Below are positions 1 through 9,496 of a stretch of DNA of 64,000 nucleotides, piece by piece (positions within the stretch are counted from its first letter, which is position 1; the number at the start of each line of letters is the position of its first letter). This DNA is from Phenylobacterium sp. (lineage in GTDB: Bacteria > Pseudomonadota > Alphaproteobacteria > Caulobacterales > Caulobacteraceae), in the NCBI RefSeq assembly GCF_004297125.1, contig NZ_SCVD01000011.1, forward strand, positions 1,286 through 65,285, read 5' to 3'. A model generated the notes under the pieces. That model was given only the letters and a program-made list of their open reading frames with translations, was not told the origin of the DNA and made no database searches. Made by a program: the position numbers and the translations under genes.

Positions 1-413
1 GTCATGAAGAGCAGGGCGCCGGGATAGAAGCCCGCTTCCGCGACGCCGAGGATAAAGCGGACGCCATAAAAATGGATCGGCGTCTGCACGAGGGCGGTCG
101 CCGCCGACAGGATCCCCCAGACGATCATGATCCGCGCCAGCCACAGCCGGGCGCCGACGCGATGCAGGATCATGTTGCTGGGGATCTCGACCAGACAATA
201 GCCGATGAAGAAGATGCCGGCGCCAAAGCCGTACATCGCCGCGGTCAGACCGATCGCCTCGCCCATCTGCAGCTTGGCGAAGGCCACGTTGACGCGATCG
301 AGGCTGGCCATCGTGTAGCCGACCAGCAGCAGTGGCAGGATCTTCCAGGCAATCAGATTGTAAGCCCGCCAACGCGCCTCGTCGGTCACGCTCGCCCTGC
401 CGATCAAGTTCAT
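1..413 (-). CDS. MFS transporter, anion:cation symporter (TtuB/NicT-like) family, N-terminal part, runs off the window
   Basis: Manual translation MNLIGRASVTDEARWRAYNLIAWKILPLLLVGYTMASLDRVNVAFAKLQM...GAGIFFIGYCLVEIPSNMILHRVGARLWLARIM...RFILGVAEAGFYPG; GGGGAG RBS upstream. Not in the ORF track because it is truncated. Confidence 0.88.
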   Translation of the reverse strand, partial: MNLIGRASVTDEARWRAYNLIAWKILPLLLVGYTMASLDRVNVAFAKLQMGEAIGLTAAMYGFGAGIFFIGYCLVEIPSNMILHRVGARLWLARIMIVWGILSAATALVQTPIHFYGVRFILGVAEAGFYPGALLFM

Positions 414-764
414 GACTCTCCCCCGAGACTGCCGCCGCCGATTGTCTTCGTGGCTTGCGCTGCGTCGGCGCCAGGATGCTGTTCCCCCCCGCGCATTCAA
501 GCATCCGCAGAGCATTATTCCGACTGGCGAAATCTCGCCGCCTACTCGAAGCGTAGGCTGATCGCGCCGGCGACGCCGAAGTGGCTGCGCAACGAGGGAA
601 GTTCAGCTTTCCGCGTCCCGAAACTTTCGCTCCCCGAAAAGCTGCAACTCGGCGCTTTCGCCGTGACGGCAGCGTCGATCAGGATGACGCCAGCCGCAAA
701 AGCACGGCGGGGGGAGCGAAATGGCCGCAACAGGGCCGGCGACTGCAGACGGGGGATACGCGGG

Positions 765-1068
765 ATGAGCGCCCCAGCACGCCAAGCATCCGGCGGATGG
801 CGCTACAAGGAGCCTCCGCTGACCGATCTCGACGCCGGGGCCGAGACCTGGATCGCGCGCGGCGCGAACTTCGTGGCGGGAGGACGAGCATCTCGAGATG
901 GCGAGCCCATCGGTGCTGGTGGTTCCGCCGACCGTCATCGACACCAGCCGCAATGTCGGCGAACAGCCTGGGCGACTGATCGACGTCTTCGCGCCGCCGC
1001 GGGTCGATTTCTCCCAGCGAGATGGCCTGGTCGCCAACGCGGCCGACTATCCGATGCCAGGACCATGA
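765..1068 (+). pseudogene. Internally deleted, frameshifted remnant of an uncharacterised (cupin-like) protein gene
   Basis: RBS+ATG at 765 reads ...ETWIARGANFV; at ~873-877 another frame resumes WREDEHLEMASPSVLVVPP...LIDVFAPPRVDFS...NAADYPMPGP* (stop 1066-1068). 304 nt, not a multiple of 3. Family recognised from memory only. Confidence 0.6.
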
Positions 1069-1188
1069 GACTCTAGATCGATCTCTCCGTCCGACGACGT
1101 AGGAGAAGAGTCGATATCTGCACTGAACAATAGACGGCGACGGCGTCACTCGCCCTGGCGCGGTGTCAATAAAAGGGGAGGGCTAGAC

Positions 1189-4143
1189 ATGGCAGCCAAC
1201 AGGCCAATACTTGTACTTTGTAGATCCAGCGCGCCACTCGCACTGGTCTGGATGATGCAGAGCGCGCCGGCGATGGCGCAGGACTCATCGCCGAGACCGG
1301 TGACGACAGGCTCCGCGGACGCTGGCGTCGCGTCCATCGAAGAGGTGATTGTCACGGGGTCCCGGCTTGGCCGTTCCGGGTACGACGCTCCGACGCCCGT
1401 GAACGTGGTTGGCCAGGATCGCATGGAGCGCCTCGCCGTCACCAATGTTGGCGATGCGCTCAACCAGATCCCTTCATTCCGCCCCATCACCTCGCCGGCC
1501 ACAAACAACTTCCGGGTCTCCGCCAATATCGGGGCCCGATCGCTGGATCTTCGCGGCCTTGGCGCCACCCGCACCCTGACCCTCATCGATGGGCGCCGCT
1601 TCGTGGCCGCCGGCGATAATGGAACCGTCGACCTCAACAGCATCCCCTCGATCATGGTGCAGCGGTCCGAAGTCGTCACCGGCGGCGCGTCGGCCGCCTA
1701 TGGCGCGAACGCAGTCGCCGGCGTGGTCAACCTGATCCTCAACAACAGGTTCGACGGCATCAAGGTCGAAGCCTCCACCGGGGTCACCCGGCAGGGCGAC
1801 GGCAGGAACTACTATGCGGCCGGGACCGCCGGGACCGACTTCGCGGGCGGTCGCGGCCATGTCGTCTTCGGCGGCGAGTATTCCAAGGAAGACGGTCTCG
1901 GCCAGTGCGAGACCCGAGACTGGTGCGCCAAGTACACAAACTACCTGGTCAACCCGGGCTACAGCGCGGCGACGCGGACCAGCACCAATGGCCTGCCGGC
2001 CACCCTCGTCCTCGACAACATCATGTTCGTCTACAACGAGAACGGGATCCTCACCGGCGCGACCAAGCCCAACGGTTCCGGCGGAACGATCACCCTGGGC
2101 CAGCAACTCCTCAACACCGGCGCCACCTCCCTGCCGGCCGTCCTGCGCGGCAAGCAGTTCGACGCGAACGGCGACCTCGTCCCCTACACCTTCGGAAATC
2201 TGCTGAGCGGCCTGTTCGCGCAGGGTCGCGACCCGACCCAGCCCTACCTGATCGGCCAGGCGCCGGCGCCTCTGGTGGTGCCGACCAAGCATTTCTCGAC
2301 CATGGCGCACGCCGACTACGACGTGAGCGACTCGATCACCGCCTCGGCGGAATTCATCTATTCCCGCGCCCAGGGATCGGTGCAGTCGACGGTCCCGCTG
2401 GACGGGCCGGCGACGATCGACATCAACAATCCCTACCTCTCGGCCGCGACCCGCGCCACGGTGCTGGCGGCGGACCCCGCGATCACCAAGCTGCTGGTCA
2501 ACCACGGCGCCTGGGCGCTCGGCGCCTCCACGATCGCGAACAGCACGCTCGACACCTACCGCGCCGCACTGGGCCTCAAGGGAGAGCTAGGCGCCGGTTG
2601 GAGCTGGGACGCGTCGTACACCTATGGCCGAGTCCACAGCGACGTGGTCGACAAGCGGGTCCGCCTGAAGGAATGGAACAACGCCATCGACGCCGTGCGG
2701 GCGCCGGCGGGCCTGCCCGGCATCGCCGCCGGCACGATCATCTGCCGCACGACGCTGACCAATCCGACCAATGGCTGTATCCCGATCAACCTGTTCGGGT
2801 TCGGACAGATCAGCCCGGCGGCGGACGCCCGCTACAATGTGACCGAGACCCAGACGCGCACCTACAAGCAGCAGGCGCTGGCGGCCAACCTGCGCGGTTC
2901 GCCGTTCAGCACCTGGGCGGGCGAAGTCAAGGTGGCCATTGGCGCGGAATGGCGACGGGACACGGCCGTGGGCGGCGTCGACGCCAACACGCTGGCCGGC
3001 GCCTATATCGCGCCCGCGACCACGCCGCTCCCGTTCACCAAGACCACGGTGACCGAGGGATACCTGGAGGTCGGCGTCCCCCTCCTGAAGGACTCGCCGC
3101 TCGGCGAGGCGCTGGACGTCGATGGCGCGGTCCGGCGGACGCACTACAATCCGTTCGGCAACGCCACGACCTGGAAGGTGGGCGGCGTCTACACCCCGGT
3201 CTCCGACATCGCCTTCCGGGTCACGCGCTCGCGCGACATCCGGGCGCCCACGGCCCAGGAATCGAGCCCGAACGCAACAACCACGAACCTGCCGCAGCCC
3301 GACCCGTTCATCGGGTCCACGACCCTTCAGCTGACGCTGACCGGCGGCAACCCGGACCTGGAGCTCGAGCGCGGCGACACCTTTACAGCCGGCGTCGTGC
3401 TGCGGCCGAGCTTCATTCCCCGGTTCAACCTCTCGGTCGACTACTACGACATCAAGGTAAAGGGCGCGATCGACACCTTGAGCAGCACCGCGATCGCCAA
3501 CGCCTGCAAACAGCAGCAACTGCTCTGCAACCTGATCCTGTTCAACCCAAACGGGTCGATCAACACGGTCTTCTCCACCTTCCAGAACCTGAGCCGGCTG
3601 CACGCCGAGGGTTATGAGCTCGTTGCGGACTATCGCTTGCCGGCCTTCGGCGGCGATTTCGACATCCAGGTGAATGGCAACTATGTCGTCGATCTGTCGA
3701 CGATCGGCGGGACGGGGCTCGTCTCGCAGTTGGACGGCGTCACCGGCAACACCGGCACGATCCAGAACATCCAAGGTGTCCCGCGCTGGCGAGGCGACGT
3801 CGTGGTGACCTATTCGCAGCCGCGGTGGTCCGTCACCGCCCACGGTCGCTACATCCCCAGATCGATCCTCGATCCGACCAAGATCGGCCCCAGCCAGGCC
3901 GGCTACAATATCAACGACCCCAACAGCGTGAACATCAACCACGTCGATGCGCGGCTCTATATCGACCTATCGGCCCGGATCAGGTTCCCCGACGCCACTG
4001 GCGCAGACCGGTATGAGATCTTCGGCAGCATCAACAATCTGTTCGACAAGGGAGAACCCAAGCAGCTCAGGCTGTTCGGCAACGGTCTCTACTACGATCC
4101 CTTCGGCCAAAGCTTCAAGGTGGGCGCGAGGGCGCGGTTCTAG
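1189..4143 (+). CDS. TonB-dependent receptor
   Basis: 984 aa; EEVIVTGSR TonB-box region, plug motif LDLRGLGATRTLTLIDGRR, C-terminal GARARF; good RBS. Confidence 0.95.
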   Translation: MAANRPILVLCRSSAPLALVWMMQSAPAMAQDSSPRPVTTGSADAGVASIEEVIVTGSRLGRSGYDAPTPVNVVGQDRMERLAVTNVGDALNQIPSFRPITSPATNNFRVSANIGARSLDLRGLGATRTLTLIDGRRFVAAGDNGTVDLNSIPSIMVQRSEVVTGGASAAYGANAVAGVVNLILNNRFDGIKVEASTGVTRQGDGRNYYAAGTAGTDFAGGRGHVVFGGEYSKEDGLGQCETRDWCAKYTNYLVNPGYSAATRTSTNGLPATLVLDNIMFVYNENGILTGATKPNGSGGTITLGQQLLNTGATSLPAVLRGKQFDANGDLVPYTFGNLLSGLFAQGRDPTQPYLIGQAPAPLVVPTKHFSTMAHADYDVSDSITASAEFIYSRAQGSVQSTVPLDGPATIDINNPYLSAATRATVLAADPAITKLLVNHGAWALGASTIANSTLDTYRAALGLKGELGAGWSWDASYTYGRVHSDVVDKRVRLKEWNNAIDAVRAPAGLPGIAAGTIICRTTLTNPTNGCIPINLFGFGQISPAADARYNVTETQTRTYKQQALAANLRGSPFSTWAGEVKVAIGAEWRRDTAVGGVDANTLAGAYIAPATTPLPFTKTTVTEGYLEVGVPLLKDSPLGEALDVDGAVRRTHYNPFGNATTWKVGGVYTPVSDIAFRVTRSRDIRAPTAQESSPNATTTNLPQPDPFIGSTTLQLTLTGGNPDLELERGDTFTAGVVLRPSFIPRFNLSVDYYDIKVKGAIDTLSSTAIANACKQQQLLCNLILFNPNGSINTVFSTFQNLSRLHAEGYELVADYRLPAFGGDFDIQVNGNYVVDLSTIGGTGLVSQLDGVTGNTGTIQNIQGVPRWRGDVVVTYSQPRWSVTAHGRYIPRSILDPTKIGPSQAGYNINDPNSVNINHVDARLYIDLSARIRFPDATGADRYEIFGSINNLFDKGEPKQLRLFGNGLYYDPFGQSFKVGARARF

Positions 4144-4234
4144 GAGCTGTAGACCCTTAGGATTGCGGCGGTTCCGAAGCGTGATTCGAGACTGCCTTTT
4201 TGGCGCAGCCGTGGGCGTGGCGGATCGCCTGGCG
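4144..4234 (+). mobile_element. Possible truncated left end of an IS5-family element
   Basis: Starts right after CTAG (4140-4143, the receptor stop codon) with GAGCTGTAGACCC..GTGATTCGAG, then GTG-GGC-GTG-GCG-GAT-CGC-CTG (MGVADRL), resembling IS5 transposase starts as I recall them. No transposase body follows. Confidence 0.35.
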
Positions 4235-4392
4235 CGATCGACGACCGGGCGGGCGCCGGGACCGCCAAGGGCCGCGCTCGGAACAGGCTCCGCGCGATCG
4301 TGTCGGCGGCGCCGCACCGCCCGGCGAAGCGCCAAGCTGAGCCGGAACGGAGCGTGGCGCGGGGGCCCGTGGGCGATTAGGTTCCGCGTCGC

Positions 4393-4704
4393 ATGGATTT
4401 CCTCGACGTTCCCGGCGCCTCGGGCGCCCAGTATCGCTTCCGGCGGGCCACCATGGCGGAGCTGCCCATGACGGCCGGCAACGTGATCGCCGTGGTCGGC
4501 GTCCCGGCGAAGCGGCGCTTCCTGCTCTGCGGCGCTGCGCGAAGCCTGAACCGCGCCGCGCCGCAGATCGAAGCGGCGCTGCGCGAGGCCCGCAAGGCCC
4601 AGGTCTACATCCGGCTGAACATAGCCCGCGCCGTCCGCGAGGCCGAACACGCCGACATCGTGGCGGCGGTCTGTCCCGAGGCCGAGCTGCCCGACCTCGG
4701 CTGA
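4393..4704 (+). CDS. Conserved hypothetical small protein
   Basis: 103 aa with GC3-biased codons; GASGAQYRF near the N terminus and R..E..DIV near the C terminus. Confidence 0.7.
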   Translation: MDFLDVPGASGAQYRFRRATMAELPMTAGNVIAVVGVPAKRRFLLCGAARSLNRAAPQIEAALREARKAQVYIRLNIARAVREAEHADIVAAVCPEAELPDLG

Positions 4705-5060
4705 TCCAATCGCGAGATGACGGCGACCGTCAACGCGAGTTGGCGGCGGGCGCCCGCCCGACGACAGCCGCACCTGGAGACCGGGCTCAGTTCTTCGGCG
4801 GGCCGGGCGGCGTCGGAGCCGGGGTGACCATCGCCCGGTCCGCGGGAACCGCCGAAGGCGACCCTCCGATCCTGGCGCGGAGAGCTTCGAAGGCGGGCTT
4901 TGAGCTTGCATTCCGACTCGTGAAGGCGTGGCCGTGGCGCCGCACCGACGACATATCGGCGTTGTCTCAGGCGCCTTTGCCTTGGAACGCGGGTTGTCCT
5001 CTCGTTGAGTTGTCGTGTGCGGACGCTCCCAAAGAAGCGTCGTTGGGAAGGAACAATCGA

Positions 5061-7499
5061 ATGAAGCGGACTCTATTGGCCGGCGCGAGCGCGTTCGCGG
5101 CGGGCGCAGGCCTTTTTGGGGCGCCAGGCGCGGCGCTGGCGCAGGCGACCCAAGGCGCCATGGTCGACGAGATCGTCGTGACCGCCCAGATGCGGGAGCA
5201 GAGCCTGCAGGATGTCCCCGTGGTGGTCACCTCGGTAAACGCCCAGCAGCTCCAGGACGCCGGCGTACGAGACATCAAGGACCTCACCATCGTCGCGCCG
5301 GGGCTCACCGTGACCTCCACCAGCAGCTCGGCGATCACCACCGCCCGCATCCGCGGCATCGGCACTGTTGGCGACAATCCCGGCCTGGAGTCGTCGGTGG
5401 GTGTCGTCATCGACGGGGTCTACCGTCCGCGCAACGGCGTCGCCTTCAGCGACCTGGGCGAGACCGAGCGCATCGAGGTGCTGAAGGGCCCGCAGGGCAC
5501 GCTGTTCGGCAAGAACACCACCGCGGGCGTGATCAACATCATGACCAAGCGGCCCTCGTTCAACGTCTCGGCGACGTCGGAGGTGCAGGTCACCAACTAC
5601 GACGGCTTCGGCGCCTCGGGCTCGCTCAACGGCCCACTGATCGACGACCTGCTGGCCGCTCGAGTCTATGTCGCCGCCCGCGAGCGTGACGGCTATTACA
5701 AGACCGCCGGCCCGGACAACAACGACCAGGACTTCTACACCGGCCGGGCGCAGTTCCTGCTGACGCCCACGCCCGACCTCGATCTGAACGTGTCGGTGGA
5801 CTATACCAAGCGCGACGAGCGCTGCTGCGGCGCGGTGCAGATCCGGAACGGAGCCACCCAGGCGATCATCCAGGCCCTGGCGCCCGGAGGCCTGGCGAAC
5901 CCGCCGGATCCGGACGAGTTCCGCGACTACAGCAACCGCAGTTTCCTGAAGACCGTGGTCGACACCGGGTGGGCGGCGGAAGCCAACTGGACGACCCCAT
6001 GGCTGGGCGGCGCCAAGCTGACCGCCATCACCGCCCTGCGCCACTGGAAGCAGACCGGTGGCGCCGACGTCGACTGGACCTCCGCCGACATCCTCTATTC
6101 CCCGACGCTGCGCGATAGCTCCAACCCCGGCTCCAGCAAATTCCAGACCTTCAGCCAGGAGGTCCGGCTGGCCGGCGCCACCGACAAGCTGAACTGGCTG
6201 GTGGGGGCGTTCTACACGCGCGAGGACCTGGACCTCCACGTGAGGACGGTGACGTACGGCCGGCAGTACGAGCAGTACGTGAACGCCTTGTTCTCCAACA
6301 CGCTCTCGACGGTGTTCACCGGCCGCCCGCTGGGGACCACATTTGTCGCCGGCCAGGGCCAGGACGACCTCTACAGCCAGCGTGAGGAAGGCTTCTCGAT
6401 CTTCACCAACAACAGCTACCAGGTCACCGATGCGCTCGAGTTGACCGTGGGTCTCCGCTACACCTGGGAAGACAAGGACCTCGACACTTTCTGGAGCAAC
6501 ACCGACGGCGGCTCCGGCTGCGCCTTGGCGCTGGCCCGGGCCTCCGTTCGGGGCGGCCAGGTGCCGACCTCGCTGATCCGCGCCGACGGCACTCTGGCCG
6601 CCGGCCCCTATCAAGTGCTCTGCGCCTCTTCCAACAGCCCCGCCTTCGGGCGCATCGGTACGAACGAGCAGCACCTCAGCGAGAAGAAGCTGACCGGCAC
6701 GGCGAAGATCGCCTACCGGTTCTCGCCCGAGCTGATGACCTATGCGTCCTACGCGCGGGGCTACAAGGCCGGCGGCTTCAACCTCGACCGGATCGCCACG
6801 ACCAATCAGACCGTCGCGGGCCAGCCGACCGCGCCCGTGCTGGACACCAGCTTCGCGCCGGAAAAGGTCGACTCCTATGAGGTGGGCGCGAAGAGCACGC
6901 TGCTGGACCGCAAGCTGCTGCTGAACGCCACGGTGTTCTACCAGAAGTACGGGGACTTCCAGCTCAACGCCTTCAATGGCCTAGTCTTCTCGGTGGCCTC
7001 GGTGCCGAAGGTGATCTCCAAGGGCGTCGACCTGGACTTCATCTGGTTGAGCCCCGTGGAAGGCCTGACCTTCAACGGCGGCGTCACCTACGCGGAGACC
7101 TACTATCCGAAGAGCAATCCGCTGTTCCTGGGCGGCAACCTGCCGGGCTCCCGGCTCTCTCTGGCTCCGCTCTGGTCCGGTTCGCTGGGGATCACCTACG
7201 AGCACAAGATCGGCGACGACCTGATCGGCCGCTTCGCGGTCAATTCGAAGAGCGTGTCGGGCTACAACACCGGCTCCGACCTGGATCCCGTGAAGAACCA
7301 GCCGGCCTTCACCCTGGTCAACGCCCGGGTGGGCCTCGCGTCGGCCGACAAGCGCTGGGCTGTGGAGGCGTTCGCCCAGAATCTGTTCGACGATGTCTAC
7401 TATCAGGTGGGCTTCAACGCGGTCCTGCAGTCGGGGTCGTACGACGCCTTCCTGGGCCAGCCGCGCACCTACGGCGTCGCCCTTCGCTACACCTACTGA
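5061..7499 (+). CDS. TonB-dependent receptor
   Basis: Start reassigned to MKRTLLAGA (signal peptide, AGGAAC RBS); DEIVVTAQMREQSLQDVP, RIEVLKGPQGTLFGKN, C-terminal PRTYGVALRYTY. Confidence 0.95.
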   Translation: MKRTLLAGASAFAAGAGLFGAPGAALAQATQGAMVDEIVVTAQMREQSLQDVPVVVTSVNAQQLQDAGVRDIKDLTIVAPGLTVTSTSSSAITTARIRGIGTVGDNPGLESSVGVVIDGVYRPRNGVAFSDLGETERIEVLKGPQGTLFGKNTTAGVINIMTKRPSFNVSATSEVQVTNYDGFGASGSLNGPLIDDLLAARVYVAARERDGYYKTAGPDNNDQDFYTGRAQFLLTPTPDLDLNVSVDYTKRDERCCGAVQIRNGATQAIIQALAPGGLANPPDPDEFRDYSNRSFLKTVVDTGWAAEANWTTPWLGGAKLTAITALRHWKQTGGADVDWTSADILYSPTLRDSSNPGSSKFQTFSQEVRLAGATDKLNWLVGAFYTREDLDLHVRTVTYGRQYEQYVNALFSNTLSTVFTGRPLGTTFVAGQGQDDLYSQREEGFSIFTNNSYQVTDALELTVGLRYTWEDKDLDTFWSNTDGGSGCALALARASVRGGQVPTSLIRADGTLAAGPYQVLCASSNSPAFGRIGTNEQHLSEKKLTGTAKIAYRFSPELMTYASYARGYKAGGFNLDRIATTNQTVAGQPTAPVLDTSFAPEKVDSYEVGAKSTLLDRKLLLNATVFYQKYGDFQLNAFNGLVFSVASVPKVISKGVDLDFIWLSPVEGLTFNGGVTYAETYYPKSNPLFLGGNLPGSRLSLAPLWSGSLGITYEHKIGDDLIGRFAVNSKSVSGYNTGSDLDPVKNQPAFTLVNARVGLASADKRWAVEAFAQNLFDDVYYQVGFNAVLQSGSYDAFLGQPRTYGVALRYTY

Positions 7500-7515
7500 C
7501 CGGCCCGACCAGCGA

Positions 7516-7546
7516 CCCGTTCCCGGCTTCACTTGCCGGGAGCGGG
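7516..7546 (+). terminator. Stem-loop between convergent TonB receptor and persulfide dioxygenase genes
   Basis: CCCGTTCCCGGC-ttcactt-GCCGGGAGCGGG; no U-tract. Confidence 0.45.
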
Positions 7547-7693
7547 CGCTGCACTCGGACATCGGCCCTGCTGCCTCGGCTCGCCATCAGCGCGGAGCGA
7601 CGCAAGGGAGGGGTAGAGCGTTGGCGCGGCCTGGACCGTGAAGCAGGATAGGCGGGGCCCGACGGCGATAGCGAGGATTGTTCGTGGCGCCCG

Positions 7694-8638
7694 TCAGACG
7701 GCGTTGATGGGAATCTTCAGGTAGCGGACGCCGTTGTCCTCCGGCTCCGGGAGGCGCCCGGCGCGCATGTTGACCTGCACGGAGGGTAGGATGAGCCGCG
7801 GCATATCGAGCGTACGGTCCCGGGCCTCGCGCAGGGCCACGAACTCGACCTCCCCGACTCCCGCATGCACATGGATGTTGGTCCGCCGTTCGTCGCCGAT
7901 GGTCGTTTCCCACGCGAAGGTGTCGCGACCAGGCGCCTTGTAGTCGTGACACAGGAAGACGCGCGTCGCGTCCGGCAGGGTCAGGAGGCGCTGGATCGAG
8001 CGAAAGAGGGTGGCCGCGTCGCCGCCAGGGAAATCGCATCGTGCGGTCCCATAGTCGGGCATGAACAGGGTGTCGCCGACGAAGGCGGCGTCGCCGATGA
8101 CATAGGCCATGCAGGCCGGCGTGTGGCCGGGGACGCGCAGGGCTATGGCCTGCAGCCCGCCGACCGCGAAACGCTCGCCGTCCTTGAACAGGTGGTCGAA
8201 CTGGCGCCCGTCGCGCGGGAAGTCGGCCCCGGCGTTGAACAGCGCCCCGAAGGTGTCCTGGACCCGTACGATCCTGTCGCCGATCGCGAGCCGACCGCCA
8301 AGGGCGGCCTGCAGGTAGGGCGCGGCCGAGAGGTGATCGGCATGGGCGTGGGTTTCCAGCTGCCAGGCCACTTCCAGCCCTTCCGCCCGGACGTAGGCGA
8401 TCAGGGCGTCGGCCGAGCCGTGTGACGTGCGGCCCGCGGCCGGATCGTAGTCGAGCACGCTGTCGATGATGGCGCAGGCCTTGGAGGCCGGGTCGCGCAC
8501 CACATAGCTGACGGTGAAGGTCGCTTCATCGAAGAAGGCCCGTACATCTGGCTGCTGGGATGGCGCGCTGCGCGCGCCCTCGACGAGGGTGCGCGCCACC
8601 TCTGCGGCCACATCGGCGGAGGCGGTCGGATCACGCAT
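7694..8638 (-). CDS. Persulfide (sulfur) dioxygenase, ETHE1/Blh-like metallo-beta-lactamase fold
   Basis: ETHAHADHLSAA, PGHTPAC, GDTLFMPDYGTARCDFPGG, FLCHDY and C-terminal YLKIPIN motifs. Confidence 0.9.
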   Translation of the reverse strand: MRDPTASADVAAEVARTLVEGARSAPSQQPDVRAFFDEATFTVSYVVRDPASKACAIIDSVLDYDPAAGRTSHGSADALIAYVRAEGLEVAWQLETHAHADHLSAAPYLQAALGGRLAIGDRIVRVQDTFGALFNAGADFPRDGRQFDHLFKDGERFAVGGLQAIALRVPGHTPACMAYVIGDAAFVGDTLFMPDYGTARCDFPGGDAATLFRSIQRLLTLPDATRVFLCHDYKAPGRDTFAWETTIGDERRTNIHVHAGVGEVEFVALREARDRTLDMPRLILPSVQVNMRAGRLPEPEDNGVRYLKIPINAV

Positions 8639-8678
8639 CGTGGAAACTCATCGGTTGCATCGCCTTGTGGAAATATAT

Positions 8679-8694
8679 ATGCGAATATATGCAG
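8679..8694. promoter_or_regulatory. Candidate ArsR (SqrR/BigR-type) operator 1
   Basis: ATGCGAATATATGCAG in the AT-rich gap between divergent dioxygenase and tauE genes; same pattern at 12722 and 21140. Confidence 0.55.
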
Positions 8695-8722
8695 ATACAA
8701 GCTCGATCGGTGATCGCCCACC

Positions 8723-9496
8723 ATGTCCGTGTTCATGATCGTCTCGGCCCTGGCGAGCGGCGCCCTGGTCGGCGCCCTCCTTGGGCTGTTCGGCGGTGGC
8801 GGATCGGTGCTCGCGACGCCCCTGCTGCTCTACGTCGTGGGGATCCGGGATCCGCACGTGGCGATCGGCACCTCGGCCGCCGCGGTGGCGGTCAATGCGG
8901 CGATCAGCCTGATGGGTCACGCGCGGGGCGGGCGGGTGAAGTGGCCCTGCGCGACCGTCTTCGCCGGTGCGGGCCTGATCGGCTCCTTCGCGGGCTCCGG
9001 CTTGGCGAAAGCCGTCGAGGGCCAGCGACTGCTGTTGTTCTTCGCGGTCGCCATGGCGGCCATCGCGCTCTCCATGCTTCGTCGCCCGAAGTCGGCTGGC
9101 GATCCCGATGTCCACATCACCCTGCCGCTGATGATGAAGCTCGCGCCGCTGGGCGTCCTGACCGGGCTGGCGGCGGGCTTCTTCGGGATCGGAGGCGGGT
9201 TCCTGATCGTCCCGGGCCTGATGGCGGCCACCGGCATGACCCTGGCCAACGCGGCGGCCTCCTCCCTGCTGTCGGTGTCGGTGTTTGGCGCCGCGACCTC
9301 GCTGAACTACGCCCTGACCGGCCAAGTGAACTGGCCGGTGGCGGCCCTCTTCATCCTGGGCGGCCTCGGCGGGGGAGCGCTCGGCGTGCGCGCGGCCGGC
9401 CTGCTGGCCGGGCGCGTCGTGCTGGCGCGACGCCTGTTCGCCGGGCTGGTCCTGCTGGTCGCCGCTTATGTCGCCTGGCGGGCCGTGGGCTCATAG
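8723..9496 (+). CDS. Sulfite exporter TauE/SafE family protein
   Basis: 257 aa hydrophobic; repeated GLFGGGGSVL / GFFGIGGGFLIVP motifs. Confidence 0.9.
   Translation: MSVFMIVSALASGALVGALLGLFGGGGSVLATPLLLYVVGIRDPHVAIGTSAAAVAVNAAISLMGHARGGRVKWPCATVFAGAGLIGSFAGSGLAKAVEGQRLLLFFAVAMAAIALSMLRRPKSAGDPDVHITLPLMMKLAPLGVLTGLAAGFFGIGGGFLIVPGLMAATGMTLANAAASSLLSVSVFGAATSLNYALTGQVNWPVAALFILGGLGGGALGVRAAGLLAGRVVLARRLFAGLVLLVAAYVAWRAVGS

Noticed and set aside
542-730. 62-aa ORF ending LRSHFGVAGAISLRFE as a GntR/FCD or autotransporter remnant
   Set aside because: The resemblance needs several frame changes and is too weak to support.
72-1149. Several 130-330 aa ORFs overlapping the first kilobase
   Set aside because: They are shadow frames of the MFS gene and pseudogene pieces; Arg/Pro-rich with no family motifs.
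7600-7640. GGGTAGAGCGT resembling a tRNA D-arm
   Set aside because: No acceptor stem, anticodon arm or T-loop (GGTTCGA) could be built around it.
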